The notes: generated from the letters alone by a model not told the origin. Shown: positions 15,748 through 25,310, numbered from the stretch's first letter. The stretch: 25,310 nt of DNA from a virus (IMGVR_UViG_3300035101_000029:1-25310); one strand, 5' to 3'. A program made the numbers and translations.

Positions 15748-16038
15748 TCATCCTTTCAATATAACTTCGATCAATTTTTTCAGTTTATCAATTAAACCAA
15801 TTAAACTACCGCCTATTGCTCCAAACATTATGCCTAAAGCGGTAAACTTTCTAATACTAATATTTTCTTTTGATTTTATATTGCAATCTTCTTTAGTAAC
15901 AAAATTTGATATCTGAGACTCAATTTTATCTGTCTTTTCTGAAATATGTTTTATTAATTGAGTATTATTATTTTCAATTTTCATATCAACTTTTTCAAGT
16001 ATATCAATTACCTTAATTAATAATTCGTCTTGTCGCAT
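15748..16038 (-). CDS. XhlA/BhlA-like lysis-associated membrane protein
   Basis: N-terminal coiled coil plus C-terminal TM (FTALGIMFGAIGGSLIGLI), between the RBP and the holin. Confidence 0.6.
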   Translation of the reverse strand: MRQDELLIKVIDILEKVDMKIENNNTQLIKHISEKTDKIESQISNFVTKEDCNIKSKENISIRKFTALGIMFGAIGGSLIGLIDKLKKLIEVILKG

Positions 16039-16063
16039 TTTGTTTACCCTCTATATTTATTTT

Positions 16064-17851
16064 TTATGAAGTGCTTACATCAACAGGAGTTAATTTTATA
16101 TATGATCCGCTAGCAAATACAGTTATTGTGCTTGCGTCGCTTGTATACTGAGCCCATTGCAGCCTAATTAATCCACCTGTTGGACTTGCTCTTACTAGAA
16201 ATCTTTCTTCAATAAAAGTTGGCTGAGCCCCAGAAGCCGCTAAGCCATAAGCAACCGAAGCAGCATCATGATATAATGCAGACTTCATGTTCGTATCTTT
16301 TGAAGTTGTATTAGACTGAGCTGGTCCTAAATTGCCTCTATACGACAATAACGCTGTATTTACAAGTTGCCATGCCAGCTTTATGTCTGGAGTTGTGCTT
16401 AAACATCTTGCCGATAAGTGTAAATATACTTCATATACTTGATCGGCTCTTAAATATGCCCATAAATACTCATCATTTTGCAATGTTGTATTGCTTGATA
16501 GCGTTTGATTAGAAACTTTTTTTATAATAGTTGGTTTTGTTTCATTTACTAAATGTAATTGATTCATACTATTAGAAATAGCAAAATCAACTAAAAGCCC
16601 AAAAGCTGTTTCGGCTACACCAAGATATATATCCCCAGGGCTTGTAAATGTTGTTTCATATTCGCAAATTGCCAGATTTTCACCATTTTTATATCCTAAT
16701 ACTCTTATACTATCATTGTATTTTTCAAAAAATATAATGAGTTTATTATTAAATTCAATAATTGTATCAAAAGGATAGGTCGTATCAACTGCCGCCCCTC
16801 CATTTGCTACCGATAGAACTAATTCGCTTGCACTAGCATAGACCTCCGCATAGTGTGTTGAGTCGATATAAAAAGTCATGCTCGGCAATCCATCTTCCAA
16901 CTTACAGGTCCATTCAAATTTAGCTACAAAACAATTTATATTTTCATAAATTAACATTCCGTTTTTATAATACCCGGGACTAAATGGAGGTTCAAAGTTA
17001 TCAGGATTTAACTTTATAATTCCCAGTTTTTGAACTTGCTGCCCAACGTCATCAACTACCGTCCATACTGGATATGATTGTGAAAATTGATTTTCCCAAC
17101 CTGAAGATGTTCCAAAATATTTTTGAAAAGCATTAAAATAATCGGAATCATCTGGATCATGCCGAACCATTTGCATATATTGCAAAACAATATATTCATT
17201 TTGATATCCAGCATTATAATCCATTTGGATTTGCCAGAAATCTATATTATTCCAATTTGGAGTTCCGCTCCAAACATAAAAATCAGATTTTGCCGCCCAT
17301 GCAACATTCCATCCAGTATCAAATCCCCATGCATCTATGTCAAAATCATATTCATAAGTACTAGAAACTGAAGTATCACCGATATTAAAAAATATATTTC
17401 CTCCTTGATAGGCGGCTATATCTGATATATAAAAAAATATAAAAATATAATCGTCTGTACTTGATACGCTTTCATCTAAAAATTCAGTTAAATTGACTGT
17501 ATCAATATTATGGGCAAAATCGTAATAATCGGCGGTTGCTATTGGAATTAAAGCTTTTAATCCTCTCTCTCCTAAAAAAGCGTCGCCACCATAAACTGAA
17601 TCATTTGATAATGTTCCAGTTGGATCATAGTTTAAATAATCTGAATAATCGGATTGAAAAGTATCAATGTCCTTTGTATTTCTTTGTCTAAAATATTTTA
17701 AATATTCTTTTAATTTAAAACTTGCACTTCTAGCCAATTCTTTATCGGCTAAATTTACAACTCCTTCTAGAGCATTCAAATTAGCTGCATTTATTGGAGG
17801 AGATGCTCCATCATTGAAAGTTATTTCTAAAAAATCATTAAAAGCAGTCAT
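16064..17851 (-). CDS. Tail fibre / receptor-binding protein (595 aa)
   Basis: N-terminal PPINAANLNALE attachment-type motif, aromatic beta-rich domains, last structural gene before lysis genes. Confidence 0.7.
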   Translation of the reverse strand: MTAFNDFLEITFNDGASPPINAANLNALEGVVNLADKELARSASFKLKEYLKYFRQRNTKDIDTFQSDYSDYLNYDPTGTLSNDSVYGGDAFLGERGLKALIPIATADYYDFAHNIDTVNLTEFLDESVSSTDDYIFIFFYISDIAAYQGGNIFFNIGDTSVSSTYEYDFDIDAWGFDTGWNVAWAAKSDFYVWSGTPNWNNIDFWQIQMDYNAGYQNEYIVLQYMQMVRHDPDDSDYFNAFQKYFGTSSGWENQFSQSYPVWTVVDDVGQQVQKLGIIKLNPDNFEPPFSPGYYKNGMLIYENINCFVAKFEWTCKLEDGLPSMTFYIDSTHYAEVYASASELVLSVANGGAAVDTTYPFDTIIEFNNKLIIFFEKYNDSIRVLGYKNGENLAICEYETTFTSPGDIYLGVAETAFGLLVDFAISNSMNQLHLVNETKPTIIKKVSNQTLSSNTTLQNDEYLWAYLRADQVYEVYLHLSARCLSTTPDIKLAWQLVNTALLSYRGNLGPAQSNTTSKDTNMKSALYHDAASVAYGLAASGAQPTFIEERFLVRASPTGGLIRLQWAQYTSDASTITVFASGSYIKLTPVDVSTS

Positions 17852-17852
17852 A

Positions 17853-18221
17853 TTAATGCTCCTTCCTATTATTTTTTATTTCTATTGCTTCTTCTTTTGT
17901 ATATGCTTTATGGGAACTTGGCGGTTTTTTAGTCTTTTCTATTGCATTTTTTTTAATTACTGGATTAACCATTTCCATCCTATATCTAATTATATTTATT
18001 TTTTTAGGTTCTTTTTCTTTTGAATCTTCTTTTAATTGATCTTCTAATTGATCTTCTTTTTTTAGTTTTGGATTATCAATTTCTAATAATTCAACCTGAA
18101 AATTAAGTTTATCTTTTATCTGATCAATATAATTTTTGCAAAAATTTTTATAAAATTCTTCAACATATTTAGGATCATTTATTTTATTTTTATCTATTTG
18201 AGCATCCATTTGAAAAATCAT
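17853..18221 (-). CDS. hypothetical charged protein in the tail module
   Basis: AAGGGG RBS before ATG 18221; fills the gap between tail genes. Confidence 0.6.
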   Translation of the reverse strand: MIFQMDAQIDKNKINDPKYVEEFYKNFCKNYIDQIKDKLNFQVELLEIDNPKLKKEDQLEDQLKEDSKEKEPKKINIIRYRMEMVNPVIKKNAIEKTKKPPSSHKAYTKEEAIEIKNNRKEH

Positions 18222-18228
18222 ATTTTTT

Positions 18229-18747
18229 CTACCCCCTTGTAAATTCATCTTCACGAACAAAATTTATTTGTTCGGTTGCTGTTTTAGATTCGACAGGGTC
18301 TAAAACTATTCGACTAATCATTAATCCTGTATCTTTTCCGCTACCCTCTGTCCAACCTATAGATTCACTTCCACAGAAAAAGCCAACCTCTTTAATTGTC
18401 ACAATTCCGCTTAAATCAGTGGGTTCCGTATCTAATAATATTGCAGTAGATGTTACAATTCCAGTTCCTGTCTTTATTTTTGATATAATCGGAATTCTAT
18501 AAACTTCATTAACTAATGAAGTCATAGTGTCCAAATTTGCTGTGTTGTCATCACCAATTGCAACATGCTTTAACAATAAATTAGTTTCGCCAGTTCCATA
18601 AAGAGCTTTTATTACTTCATCTAAAGCACTATTCATCAATCGATTAAAGATAAGCCTATTTGTTATAATTTTTCCTGTTATCATATCTTTCTTTATTAAT
18701 CTAAGTTTTCCGATCCATCCATGATTTTCTTTTACTTTTATCATCAT
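18229..18747 (-). CDS. Baseplate / tail-collar fibre-like structural protein
   Basis: HVAIGDD…TSLVNEVYR…TIKEVGFF pattern as in DUF3751-like tail proteins; GAGGTG RBS. Confidence 0.6.
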   Translation of the reverse strand: MMIKVKENHGWIGKLRLIKKDMITGKIITNRLIFNRLMNSALDEVIKALYGTGETNLLLKHVAIGDDNTANLDTMTSLVNEVYRIPIISKIKTGTGIVTSTAILLDTEPTDLSGIVTIKEVGFFCGSESIGWTEGSGKDTGLMISRIVLDPVESKTATEQINFVREDEFTRG

Positions 18748-18763
18748 ATCATATCACCTCTCT

Positions 18764-20311
18764 TTAATCGTATTCAGTCCTAGTTGTATCAATGGTTCCC
18801 GGGAATAATAAATTTGATGGATATAGTCCACCGGGATCATCTTCAGGGTATAAACAATCAAGCTTAGTTATAATAACAGTTCCATTCCAGTCTTGTTCCT
18901 CATTTATATTATAGGCTTTTTCAACGAGTGCATCCTCTCTTAAAGTGAATTCTTTAGTTTTTGCCATCCACTCTTTAAAAAAATTAACGAATCCACCAAT
19001 TTGAGTGCCATCCACAAATGTTGCACTTCGTAAAAGCGGCAAGTTGTTGCCAACATCTTCAATTTTTAAATTTCTAACCAAATATCCTCCACCCTCTGAA
19101 GTCAAAGAGTTAATGCCGAAGTTTGGAAAAATTGTATCGCAAATTTGACCATTTTTCCAATTGTGATTATATGAAGCCAACATTATTTTATTTGCTACGC
19201 TTGAATATCTATCCAGTAATGCTTGTGCTTTTTCCTCTGCAACAACTATTCCTTCAATGCTTGCTCCACTTTCTACATCTTCATACAATCCCGAGCCGCC
19301 TTCAATCGCCTTTCTTTCATTTATAGAGTCTTCATCATCTTTAACCACATCAATTGAGTATTGTCCGAAATATTTTAAGACTAAAAATTGTCCCTCTGTA
19401 AGGACTTCCTGATCTTGATCTTGTGTAATTGTATTATCAGCTTTTGACCAATACCAATACATGTCAGTATCTAAACCATTAATTCCAATGTATCTGGGAT
19501 CAACTAAATCTTGATCCCTCGGATTATTTTTATATCTTTCTATAGTAATATATATTTTAGGTTTATTGTTTAATTTAAATCTTACATAATAACTTCTATT
19601 ATTATCAGGGTTTGGGTTTGCTGTCTCTGTTAATTCATCTGTTACTGCTTTTACGCTCTTAATGATTTGTTTATTTCTTAATTCTGAAATATCCTGTCCG
19701 ATTTTTAAACTTCTCCATAAATAATTTGTATTTTCTCTAATTTCTGGGCCTATGTTAATAGTTCTATCATCAAGATAGAATTTTTTATTTGCATCAATAT
19801 ACCATTGCCACCCTATAAGTTCTACAAGTTCATTGAATAAAGTAGAGCAATAAACATAAGGGCAATTAACCGATATTTCGTTTAATGTTTCATCAATAGA
19901 ATCATCATCATACCAAATGCCGTCCTCTGCTAAATAGTTGTCAATTACATCTTTTATTAAATCTGAAATCTTTAATTTGGGATATGATTCATTAACAAGC
20001 CTTCTATCGCAAATCTCGTTATAATCTACACAAGTAATTGATTGGAGTGTTGTTGGTTTTTGATTAATTTTTTCAATGTCTGGAGTATCAATTTTACCAC
20101 CATAAATCAATGTTCCATTTTCCCATACTTTTACATCTTTTCCGCAAACAGATTGAAAATAAAATAAATTACCTGATAGATTTTCATCAATTAGATTAAA
20201 ACTGAGTACTCCACGAGTGCCAGTTTCATCATAACTAATATTTAGACTTCTACTCTCAACTTTTACTCCTGAAGGCAAAAATTGATTATCAATCTTTAAA
20301 ACAAATGACAT
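18764..20311 (-). CDS. Tail tip / baseplate hub protein (515 aa)
   Basis: Directly follows the tape measure gene; GxI, WYID..KKFY hub-like motifs; C-terminal LYP…LYPS.LLFP motif. Confidence 0.65.
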   Translation of the reverse strand: MSFVLKIDNQFLPSGVKVESRSLNISYDETGTRGVLSFNLIDENLSGNLFYFQSVCGKDVKVWENGTLIYGGKIDTPDIEKINQKPTTLQSITCVDYNEICDRRLVNESYPKLKISDLIKDVIDNYLAEDGIWYDDDSIDETLNEISVNCPYVYCSTLFNELVELIGWQWYIDANKKFYLDDRTINIGPEIRENTNYLWRSLKIGQDISELRNKQIIKSVKAVTDELTETANPNPDNNRSYYVRFKLNNKPKIYITIERYKNNPRDQDLVDPRYIGINGLDTDMYWYWSKADNTITQDQDQEVLTEGQFLVLKYFGQYSIDVVKDDEDSINERKAIEGGSGLYEDVESGASIEGIVVAEEKAQALLDRYSSVANKIMLASYNHNWKNGQICDTIFPNFGINSLTSEGGGYLVRNLKIEDVGNNLPLLRSATFVDGTQIGGFVNFFKEWMAKTKEFTLREDALVEKAYNINEEQDWNGTVIITKLDCLYPEDDPGGLYPSNLLFPGTIDTTRTEYD

Positions 20312-23300
20312 TAGAATTTACCTCCATACCTTCTCAAGACATCTTTCATTTCTCGCATAAATCCATTTACGTCTTTAATTCCATGAAAATTAAAATCTCC
20401 ATTAAAAGAAATACCTTGATTACTATTTGTATTCAAAGGTTGTGGAGCAATTGACTTTTCATTCAACATTAAATCTTTTAGAAAAAAAGCTCCTACTTCT
20501 AAATTAGCTTTTGCAAGACTTTTTTTAATGGGCCCCGCAAAGTTTAATTTATCCAAGTCTCTTAAAGGTCCTTCTTTTGCTGGTGAAAATGGCAATAAAT
20601 CTCTTAATCTTTTAACTAAGTCTTTTAATGCTCCAATTGTTCCACTAGCTGCGGCATTAATACCATTTTTAATTCCGTTAACAATTGCCATTCCTGAGGA
20701 ATAAGCAGATGAAGCAATTCCCCTAATTTTACTTTTTATGCTGCTAACCATGCCGGAAATAGTACTTATTGCTTTTGATTTTATGCTATTCCATGCCGAA
20801 CTAAAAGTACTTTTTATACTACTTAAAATACTTGAAATTCCGCTTCTTAGACTACTTAAGCGGCTTTTAATTAAGCTAACTAATGAGCTTACAATACTTG
20901 AAACCCCTGATTTTATACTATTCCAAATTGAACTAAGTACATTTCTTACTGCATTAAAAATTGTTGATACATTTCTTTTAAAATTGTTGAAACGAGCAAT
21001 TACAAGTTGAATTAATACACTTACAATTTTTGAAATATTAGATTTCATATCATTCCAAGCGGCTATGATGGCATTTATTAAAGCAATTACAATTGAATTA
21101 GCCTTAGTTTGTAAATTTACGAAAAATTCAATAATTTTCATAACAAATCCAAGAATAATTTCTAAAACTCTTGCCGGAAGAGTTAGAAACCATTCAATTA
21201 TTCCATTAATCATATCTGGCACAATTGATCCACCAACTAAAGTTTCGTATAATCCAGTAAAAAAACCAACTATTCCTTCGACAAATCCCGAAACTAAATC
21301 AATTATAGCAACAACAATATTGCCAAAAAAGTCTAGAATGCTATTCCACATATTTTGAAAACTTTCATCAACTAACTTCCAATTACCTGTAAATAGCCCA
21401 ACTAATACGCCTAAAGCTCCACCAATAAATGATATAACATTCATAATAGCAGCAATAACATTGTCAATAGCTTTGACGATTCCGTTAAAAAGACCCACAA
21501 TTATTCCAATTATTGCGGCTATAGCACCGCCTATAACCATTCCTAGCCCTTTAAATATTGTAACAACTGGACCTATTACAGCTTTTATATTTTCAAAAGC
21601 TTTTTTGATTGCATTAACATTGAATTCTTTGAATGAATCTGAAACTGCTTCTTTAACATTAGCAAAACCAGCAGCAATTACACTAACAAAACCGCCTACA
21701 GCTCCTATAATTCCACCAATAACTGTAGTTACTACATTTTTAATTGAATTAAAGGCATTCATAAATCCATCTTTAAATGAAATAATTTTGTCTCTGATCT
21801 CAATCATTTTATCTCTAAATTCTACAAATCCAATAACAGCTTGATGTATTTTTGCCATAGTCTCACTTGGAACTAAATTTTTCATGTTATTTATAAAATC
21901 ACCGAAATTGCCAGTCGCAATTCCTTTTATTAGTCCCATAAGAGCTCCTTTTATAGAATCTGCATTTTCTTGAATAAATTTTGCGGCTTCTCTTAATTTA
22001 GAAATAATTCCATTAAATTTTTCAAATATAGCTCCCCGAACTTTTTCAGAACTCAACATTAATCCTACAAAAGCAGTGACAAGTCCACCAATAACACCAA
22101 TTACAGCTAGAATCGGCACTGTAACTGTGCTTATAATTGCAGTAAAAGCAGCTATTACAGTACTTACACCACCAATAATTCCACCTAGAACACCAATAGC
22201 CGCAGCTATACCCGCAATAACTGGTCCGATTAGTGCTGCCATTGCTGCAAATCCAGCGACTAATTTTTGTTGAAATGGATTTAAAGATGCAAAAGCATTT
22301 CCGACAAATTCAAAAGCTTTAACCAGTGTTTCTAACACCGGAACAGCCACAGACTTTATAACTTCAAAAAACTTTATTAAATTAGCTTGTAAAGCAGATA
22401 AAGCAGCATTCCATTTAAAATCTACCGTTTCGCTTGCAGCTTTAAAAGCTTTATCGAGTGATCCAGTAGAATTTTTAACAGCATCAAAAGTTTTCTTATT
22501 GCCTTCAAGATTATTTCCCATTAAGTCAAGTACTCCCATTAATGCTCTAATATTTGGGAATACTCTTGCCATTGCTTCTTCTCCGTATTTATTGGTCATT
22601 TCTCGCAAATCCATAAGGGCTTGAAGCAAACCTTCTTCTTTAATTTTTTTCCTCATTTCTGAAGAACTAGTTCCCATTGCTCGAAGTTGTTCTTCAGCTT
22701 GTTTACTAGGTTTAATTAATCCAGCCATAATGCTTTTTAACTGTGTAGCTGCTTCGGCTGCATTAGTACCTGTTTTTGTCATTGCTGCTTGTGTCGCAGC
22801 TACTTGATCAAATGTTACGCCTAATTCACTAGCTAGTGGTAACACTGCTCCCATTGTTGCCGCTAATTCTGCCGCCTCTGCTTTACCTTCACGAACCGCA
22901 GCGACTAAAATATCGGTTGCTTGTCCTGCACTTAAATTTTCTATTCCATAAGCATTAACCGCAGATGTTACAAGATCGGCAATGGTTTTAGTCTCTCCTA
23001 ATCCTGCGGCACTTGCCTTAGCAGACTTTTTAAGAACATCTAAAGCGTCGGCTCCTCTTAATCCAGCACTTGTAACGAAAAACATTGCTTCGGCTAGTTC
23101 TTTCGGTGGCTTTGCTACCTCTGGCGACATACTTAATATGTCACTTTTCCATGAATTAACTTGTTTTTGAGATACGCCAACAAGTCCAACGACTTTTGAC
23201 ATTTCCTTTTCAAAATCTTTGCCGAATTTTGCAGCAGCTAAAACACCAGCAGCCAAAGGAACAGTAATAAATTTTGTTAAACTTTTTCCAACTGTCATCA

Positions 23301-23439
23301 TTGAACTTGATACACTTTTCAACGAGTTACTAATTTGACTAGCAAAAGCAGACCCCATTCCTCTAGCACTTGCCAAGCCGCTCTGGAATGGGGAAAGATC
23401 GGCATCTATCGGAGCGGTTACTCTTCCAACAATAAACAT
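20311..23439 (-). CDS. Tail tape measure protein (TP901-like core), about 1042 aa
   Basis: Ala/Gly-rich helical protein, GKSLTKFITVPL, FEKEMSKV, periodic W/F repeats, PFSPAKEGPL C-terminal motif; AAGGAG RBS supports ATG 23439. Confidence 0.95.
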   Translation of the reverse strand: MFIVGRVTAPIDADLSPFQSGLASARGMGSAFASQISNSLKSVSSSMMTVGKSLTKFITVPLAAGVLAAAKFGKDFEKEMSKVVGLVGVSQKQVNSWKSDILSMSPEVAKPPKELAEAMFFVTSAGLRGADALDVLKKSAKASAAGLGETKTIADLVTSAVNAYGIENLSAGQATDILVAAVREGKAEAAELAATMGAVLPLASELGVTFDQVAATQAAMTKTGTNAAEAATQLKSIMAGLIKPSKQAEEQLRAMGTSSSEMRKKIKEEGLLQALMDLREMTNKYGEEAMARVFPNIRALMGVLDLMGNNLEGNKKTFDAVKNSTGSLDKAFKAASETVDFKWNAALSALQANLIKFFEVIKSVAVPVLETLVKAFEFVGNAFASLNPFQQKLVAGFAAMAALIGPVIAGIAAAIGVLGGIIGGVSTVIAAFTAIISTVTVPILAVIGVIGGLVTAFVGLMLSSEKVRGAIFEKFNGIISKLREAAKFIQENADSIKGALMGLIKGIATGNFGDFINNMKNLVPSETMAKIHQAVIGFVEFRDKMIEIRDKIISFKDGFMNAFNSIKNVVTTVIGGIIGAVGGFVSVIAAGFANVKEAVSDSFKEFNVNAIKKAFENIKAVIGPVVTIFKGLGMVIGGAIAAIIGIIVGLFNGIVKAIDNVIAAIMNVISFIGGALGVLVGLFTGNWKLVDESFQNMWNSILDFFGNIVVAIIDLVSGFVEGIVGFFTGLYETLVGGSIVPDMINGIIEWFLTLPARVLEIILGFVMKIIEFFVNLQTKANSIVIALINAIIAAWNDMKSNISKIVSVLIQLVIARFNNFKRNVSTIFNAVRNVLSSIWNSIKSGVSSIVSSLVSLIKSRLSSLRSGISSILSSIKSTFSSAWNSIKSKAISTISGMVSSIKSKIRGIASSAYSSGMAIVNGIKNGINAAASGTIGALKDLVKRLRDLLPFSPAKEGPLRDLDKLNFAGPIKKSLAKANLEVGAFFLKDLMLNEKSIAPQPLNTNSNQGISFNGDFNFHGIKDVNGFMREMKDVLRRYGGKF

Positions 23440-23477
23440 ATAAAAACTCCTTTTTTTTGCCAATAAAATCTATTCTA

Positions 23478-23702
23478 TTATTTTATAATTACTTCTTCAG
23501 CTTCAACAAAACTTCTATTGCTTTTATCATTATACCAATGACTATATGCTGAATCTTCGGGAAGTCCTCTAACTAGTATTAAGAACTTTCTCCAAGTAAT
23601 TAAATTATTTTTATGTATATAATTTAAATCTAAATCATAAAATCTTTTAAAATCAGCTTCTAAGCTTCCCCATGCCCAAATTATTATCTTTGGATTTGGA
23701 TT
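23478..23702 (-). CDS. Tail assembly chaperone second frame (T / gp15-like), expressed by -1 frameshift
   Basis: ATG-less 74-codon frame NPNPKIIIWAWGSLEADFKRFYDLDL…TWRKFLILVRGLPEDSAY…, entered at the A9 slippery run (23701-23709). Confidence 0.8.
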   Translation of the reverse strand, partial: NPNPKIIIWAWGSLEADFKRFYDLDLNYIHKNNLITWRKFLILVRGLPEDSAYSHWYNDKSNRSFVEAEEVIIK

Positions 23703-24145
23703 TTTTTTTCTGATATATGACCAGATTTACTCGTATCCATATGATATCCCCATTCATCTAATATTTTGGGAACTATATTTTCATAAACAAACATCAGAGA
23801 AATTCTATTATCCCTAGACTTTTCTAAATTTTCAATAAACTTTTTCCCAAACATTAATTCTATAAAAGGCATTATTTTATCATCATCCATAATGATAGTC
23901 CATTGTCCTTTTATTTTTTTATAACAATTTCTTAGGAAAAAGGTCGAAAAATTAAAAGGCATTTTTTTAGGTAAAAAATAAGTTCTACCTAAAAGTTTTA
24001 TTTCTATTTTTTGTTTGTTTTCCTCTTTTAATGCTTGATCAAAATCCAAAACAAGATTATTACTTTGTCTTTCGGTAATTTCTTCTTGTTTTTCATTTAA
24101 AAAATTGATTCTATCGGCATTATTCTTTAAATTATTTTCAGACAT
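23684..24145 (-). CDS. Tail assembly chaperone (G)
   Basis: Between major tail and tape measure genes; ends in GAA AAA AAA ATC slippery site; AAGGAG RBS. Confidence 0.8.
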   Translation of the reverse strand: MSENNLKNNADRINFLNEKQEEITERQSNNLVLDFDQALKEENKQKIEIKLLGRTYFLPKKMPFNFSTFFLRNCYKKIKGQWTIIMDDDKIMPFIELMFGKKFIENLEKSRDNRISLMFVYENIVPKILDEWGYHMDTSKSGHISEKKIQIQR

Positions 24146-24172
24146 TTTAAACTCCTTTTATCTTTTTATTGC

Positions 24173-24697
24173 TTAACTACCTGGGGTTATTTCTACTTTA
24201 GAATTAATTCTAAAGCTACCTTTATAAGTATAAACTCCGCTCGTGTCCGCTCCTTCTTCATATGAAGTAAAGAACCCACTTAAAGACCAGCCATACCCAG
24301 TATTACGAGTACTTTTTAATGTTATAATTTTTCCTTGATCAACTGCATCTTTTAATTCACTTTGTCCATCATCTAAACCAGCCGCAGACGATTCAATAGT
24401 TATTCCTTCAATATCCGCAGTTTCCGAAACTGCAATTGATGTAAATACATTATGTAAAACATCTGTTCCGGGTACGATATCTTCTGATCCAGTAATATCT
24501 TGTTCAGAAACCGAAACTTTTCTATTAAAAGAAGTAATTTTGCTTACGACTTGACTATCTACCTCAACGACAGTTCCAGCAAATTTGACTTCCCCTTCGA
24601 CATTGTCTGGACTTGCCATTAGAATAGGCAAAACAGGAGATAATAAAATGGTTTTCAAAGTTTTCTTAAAAATATTAAAAGCTTTATTTGATAGCAT
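24173..24697 (-). CDS. Major tail (tube) protein
   Basis: Position after the tail terminator; DITGSED, GQSELKDA, SGFFTSYEEG…YTYKGSFRIN tube-protein pattern; AAGGAGG RBS. Confidence 0.8.
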   Translation of the reverse strand: MLSNKAFNIFKKTLKTILLSPVLPILMASPDNVEGEVKFAGTVVEVDSQVVSKITSFNRKVSVSEQDITGSEDIVPGTDVLHNVFTSIAVSETADIEGITIESSAAGLDDGQSELKDAVDQGKIITLKSTRNTGYGWSLSGFFTSYEEGADTSGVYTYKGSFRINSKVEITPGS

Positions 24698-24712
24698 AAA
24701 AATCCTCCTTTC

Positions 24713-25120
24713 TTATAATCTATACTTATTGCCTGTACTTTGTACTCGGCAATTATAAGTAACTGCATATTCTGTTCTGTTTTTTTCATCTTTCCCCAAG
24801 TTTTCAGGTGGCTGATCTATAAATACAGCACTAACGATCGGACCACCAGATATTAGAGGAGTACCACCAAACCCCATAAAGTATTTGTGAATATTATAAG
24901 CAAGTTCTTTGGCTGCCGCTTTGCTTGAATTTCTTGTAATAACTTGAAGTCCAAATAGATCAACTGATAAGCTGCTTGACTCGTCAATTTGTGGAGCATT
25001 GACATCAAAAGCAGTTACACAATTATCAGGTGACAAAGGTTGGAAATTATCAAATAAATCAGTTCCAACAACTCCGAATCCTTCTTCTTCAAGCCACTCA
25101 ATAAAATTATCGGCAATCAT
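24713..25120 (-). CDS. Tail terminator / 'minor capsid' protein
   Basis: GTDLF…PDNCV…LQVITR…LGKDEKNRTEYAVTY pattern; AGGAGG RBS. Confidence 0.75.
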   Translation of the reverse strand: MIADNFIEWLEEEGFGVVGTDLFDNFQPLSPDNCVTAFDVNAPQIDESSSLSVDLFGLQVITRNSSKAAAKELAYNIHKYFMGFGGTPLISGGPIVSAVFIDQPPENLGKDEKNRTEYAVTYNCRVQSTGNKYRL

Positions 25121-25310
25121 AACGCTCCTCCTATTCCATTTCTAAGATTAGATAAAAGTTTATCCTTCGCTAATCGATTAAATGGATCTCTTAAATAAAA
25201 TCTTTTTCTACCATGTTGGAAATTCGCGTTTTTTTCATGCCATCTGATAGCGTAAGGAATTACAGGATATCCAGTAGAAGGACCACCACCAAAACAAGCA
25301 CAACCAGCAG
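25117..25310 (-). CDS. 3' part of an HK97 gp10-like / head-tail completion protein (partial)
   Basis: Manual translation …PYAIRWHEKNANFQHGRKRFYLRDPF…IGGAL*; stop overlaps the next ATG. Confidence 0.7.
   Translation of the reverse strand, partial: AGCACFGGGPSTGYPVIPYAIRWHEKNANFQHGRKRFYLRDPFNRLAKDKLLSNLRNGIGGAL

Noticed and set aside
16064-17851. Diversity-generating retroelement target
   Set aside because: No reverse transcriptase and no template/variable repeat pair was seen in the window
15565-23170. Plus-strand ORFs within the holin, RBP, hub and tape measure genes
   Set aside because: Antisense shadows; their hydrophobic look mirrors the codon bias of the real genes
1-25310. Alternative genetic code (stop-codon reassignment)
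   Set aside because: Long conserved genes are intact in the standard code, and TAA, TAG and TGA all end genes at sensible boundaries

Overview
A 25.3 kb segment of a very AT-rich tailed phage (siphovirus-type), probably infecting a low-GC Bacillota/Clostridia-like host (GGAGG ribosome-binding sites, consensus sigma-A promoters, standard genetic code). Left to right: (1) a non-coding origin-like region (about 121-600) with 13 GTAAC/GTTAC motifs around a (TA)n core; (2) a + strand operon with an AbrB-like regulator, a DUF927-type helicase-like replication protein, a protein resembling the SaPI 'pathogenicity island protein'/Ppi family, and small hypotheticals; (3) a second, different non-coding array of 19 (T/C)TAGCAA heptamers (5640-6080) where the two transcription directions converge; (4) a - strand early/recombination region (Bet/RecT, AbrB-like, RecD2-like helicase, GIY-YIG nuclease, XRE HTH, ERCC4 nuclease, small Cys-rich ORFs); (5) a + strand operon of RHH regulator, membrane protein and Amidase_3 endolysin pointing against the late genes; (6) the - strand tail/lysis module (holin, XhlA-like, receptor-binding protein, tail-tip proteins, tape measure, frameshifted tail chaperones, major tail, tail terminator, partial head-tail protein). 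No integrase, CRISPR array, tRNA or rRNA was seen. The best candidates for novelty are the satellite-like replication/Ppi-like cassette bracketed by two different repeat arrays, the heptamer array itself, and the inverted, separately promoted endolysin operon. All family assignments come from motif recognition by eye, not database searches.
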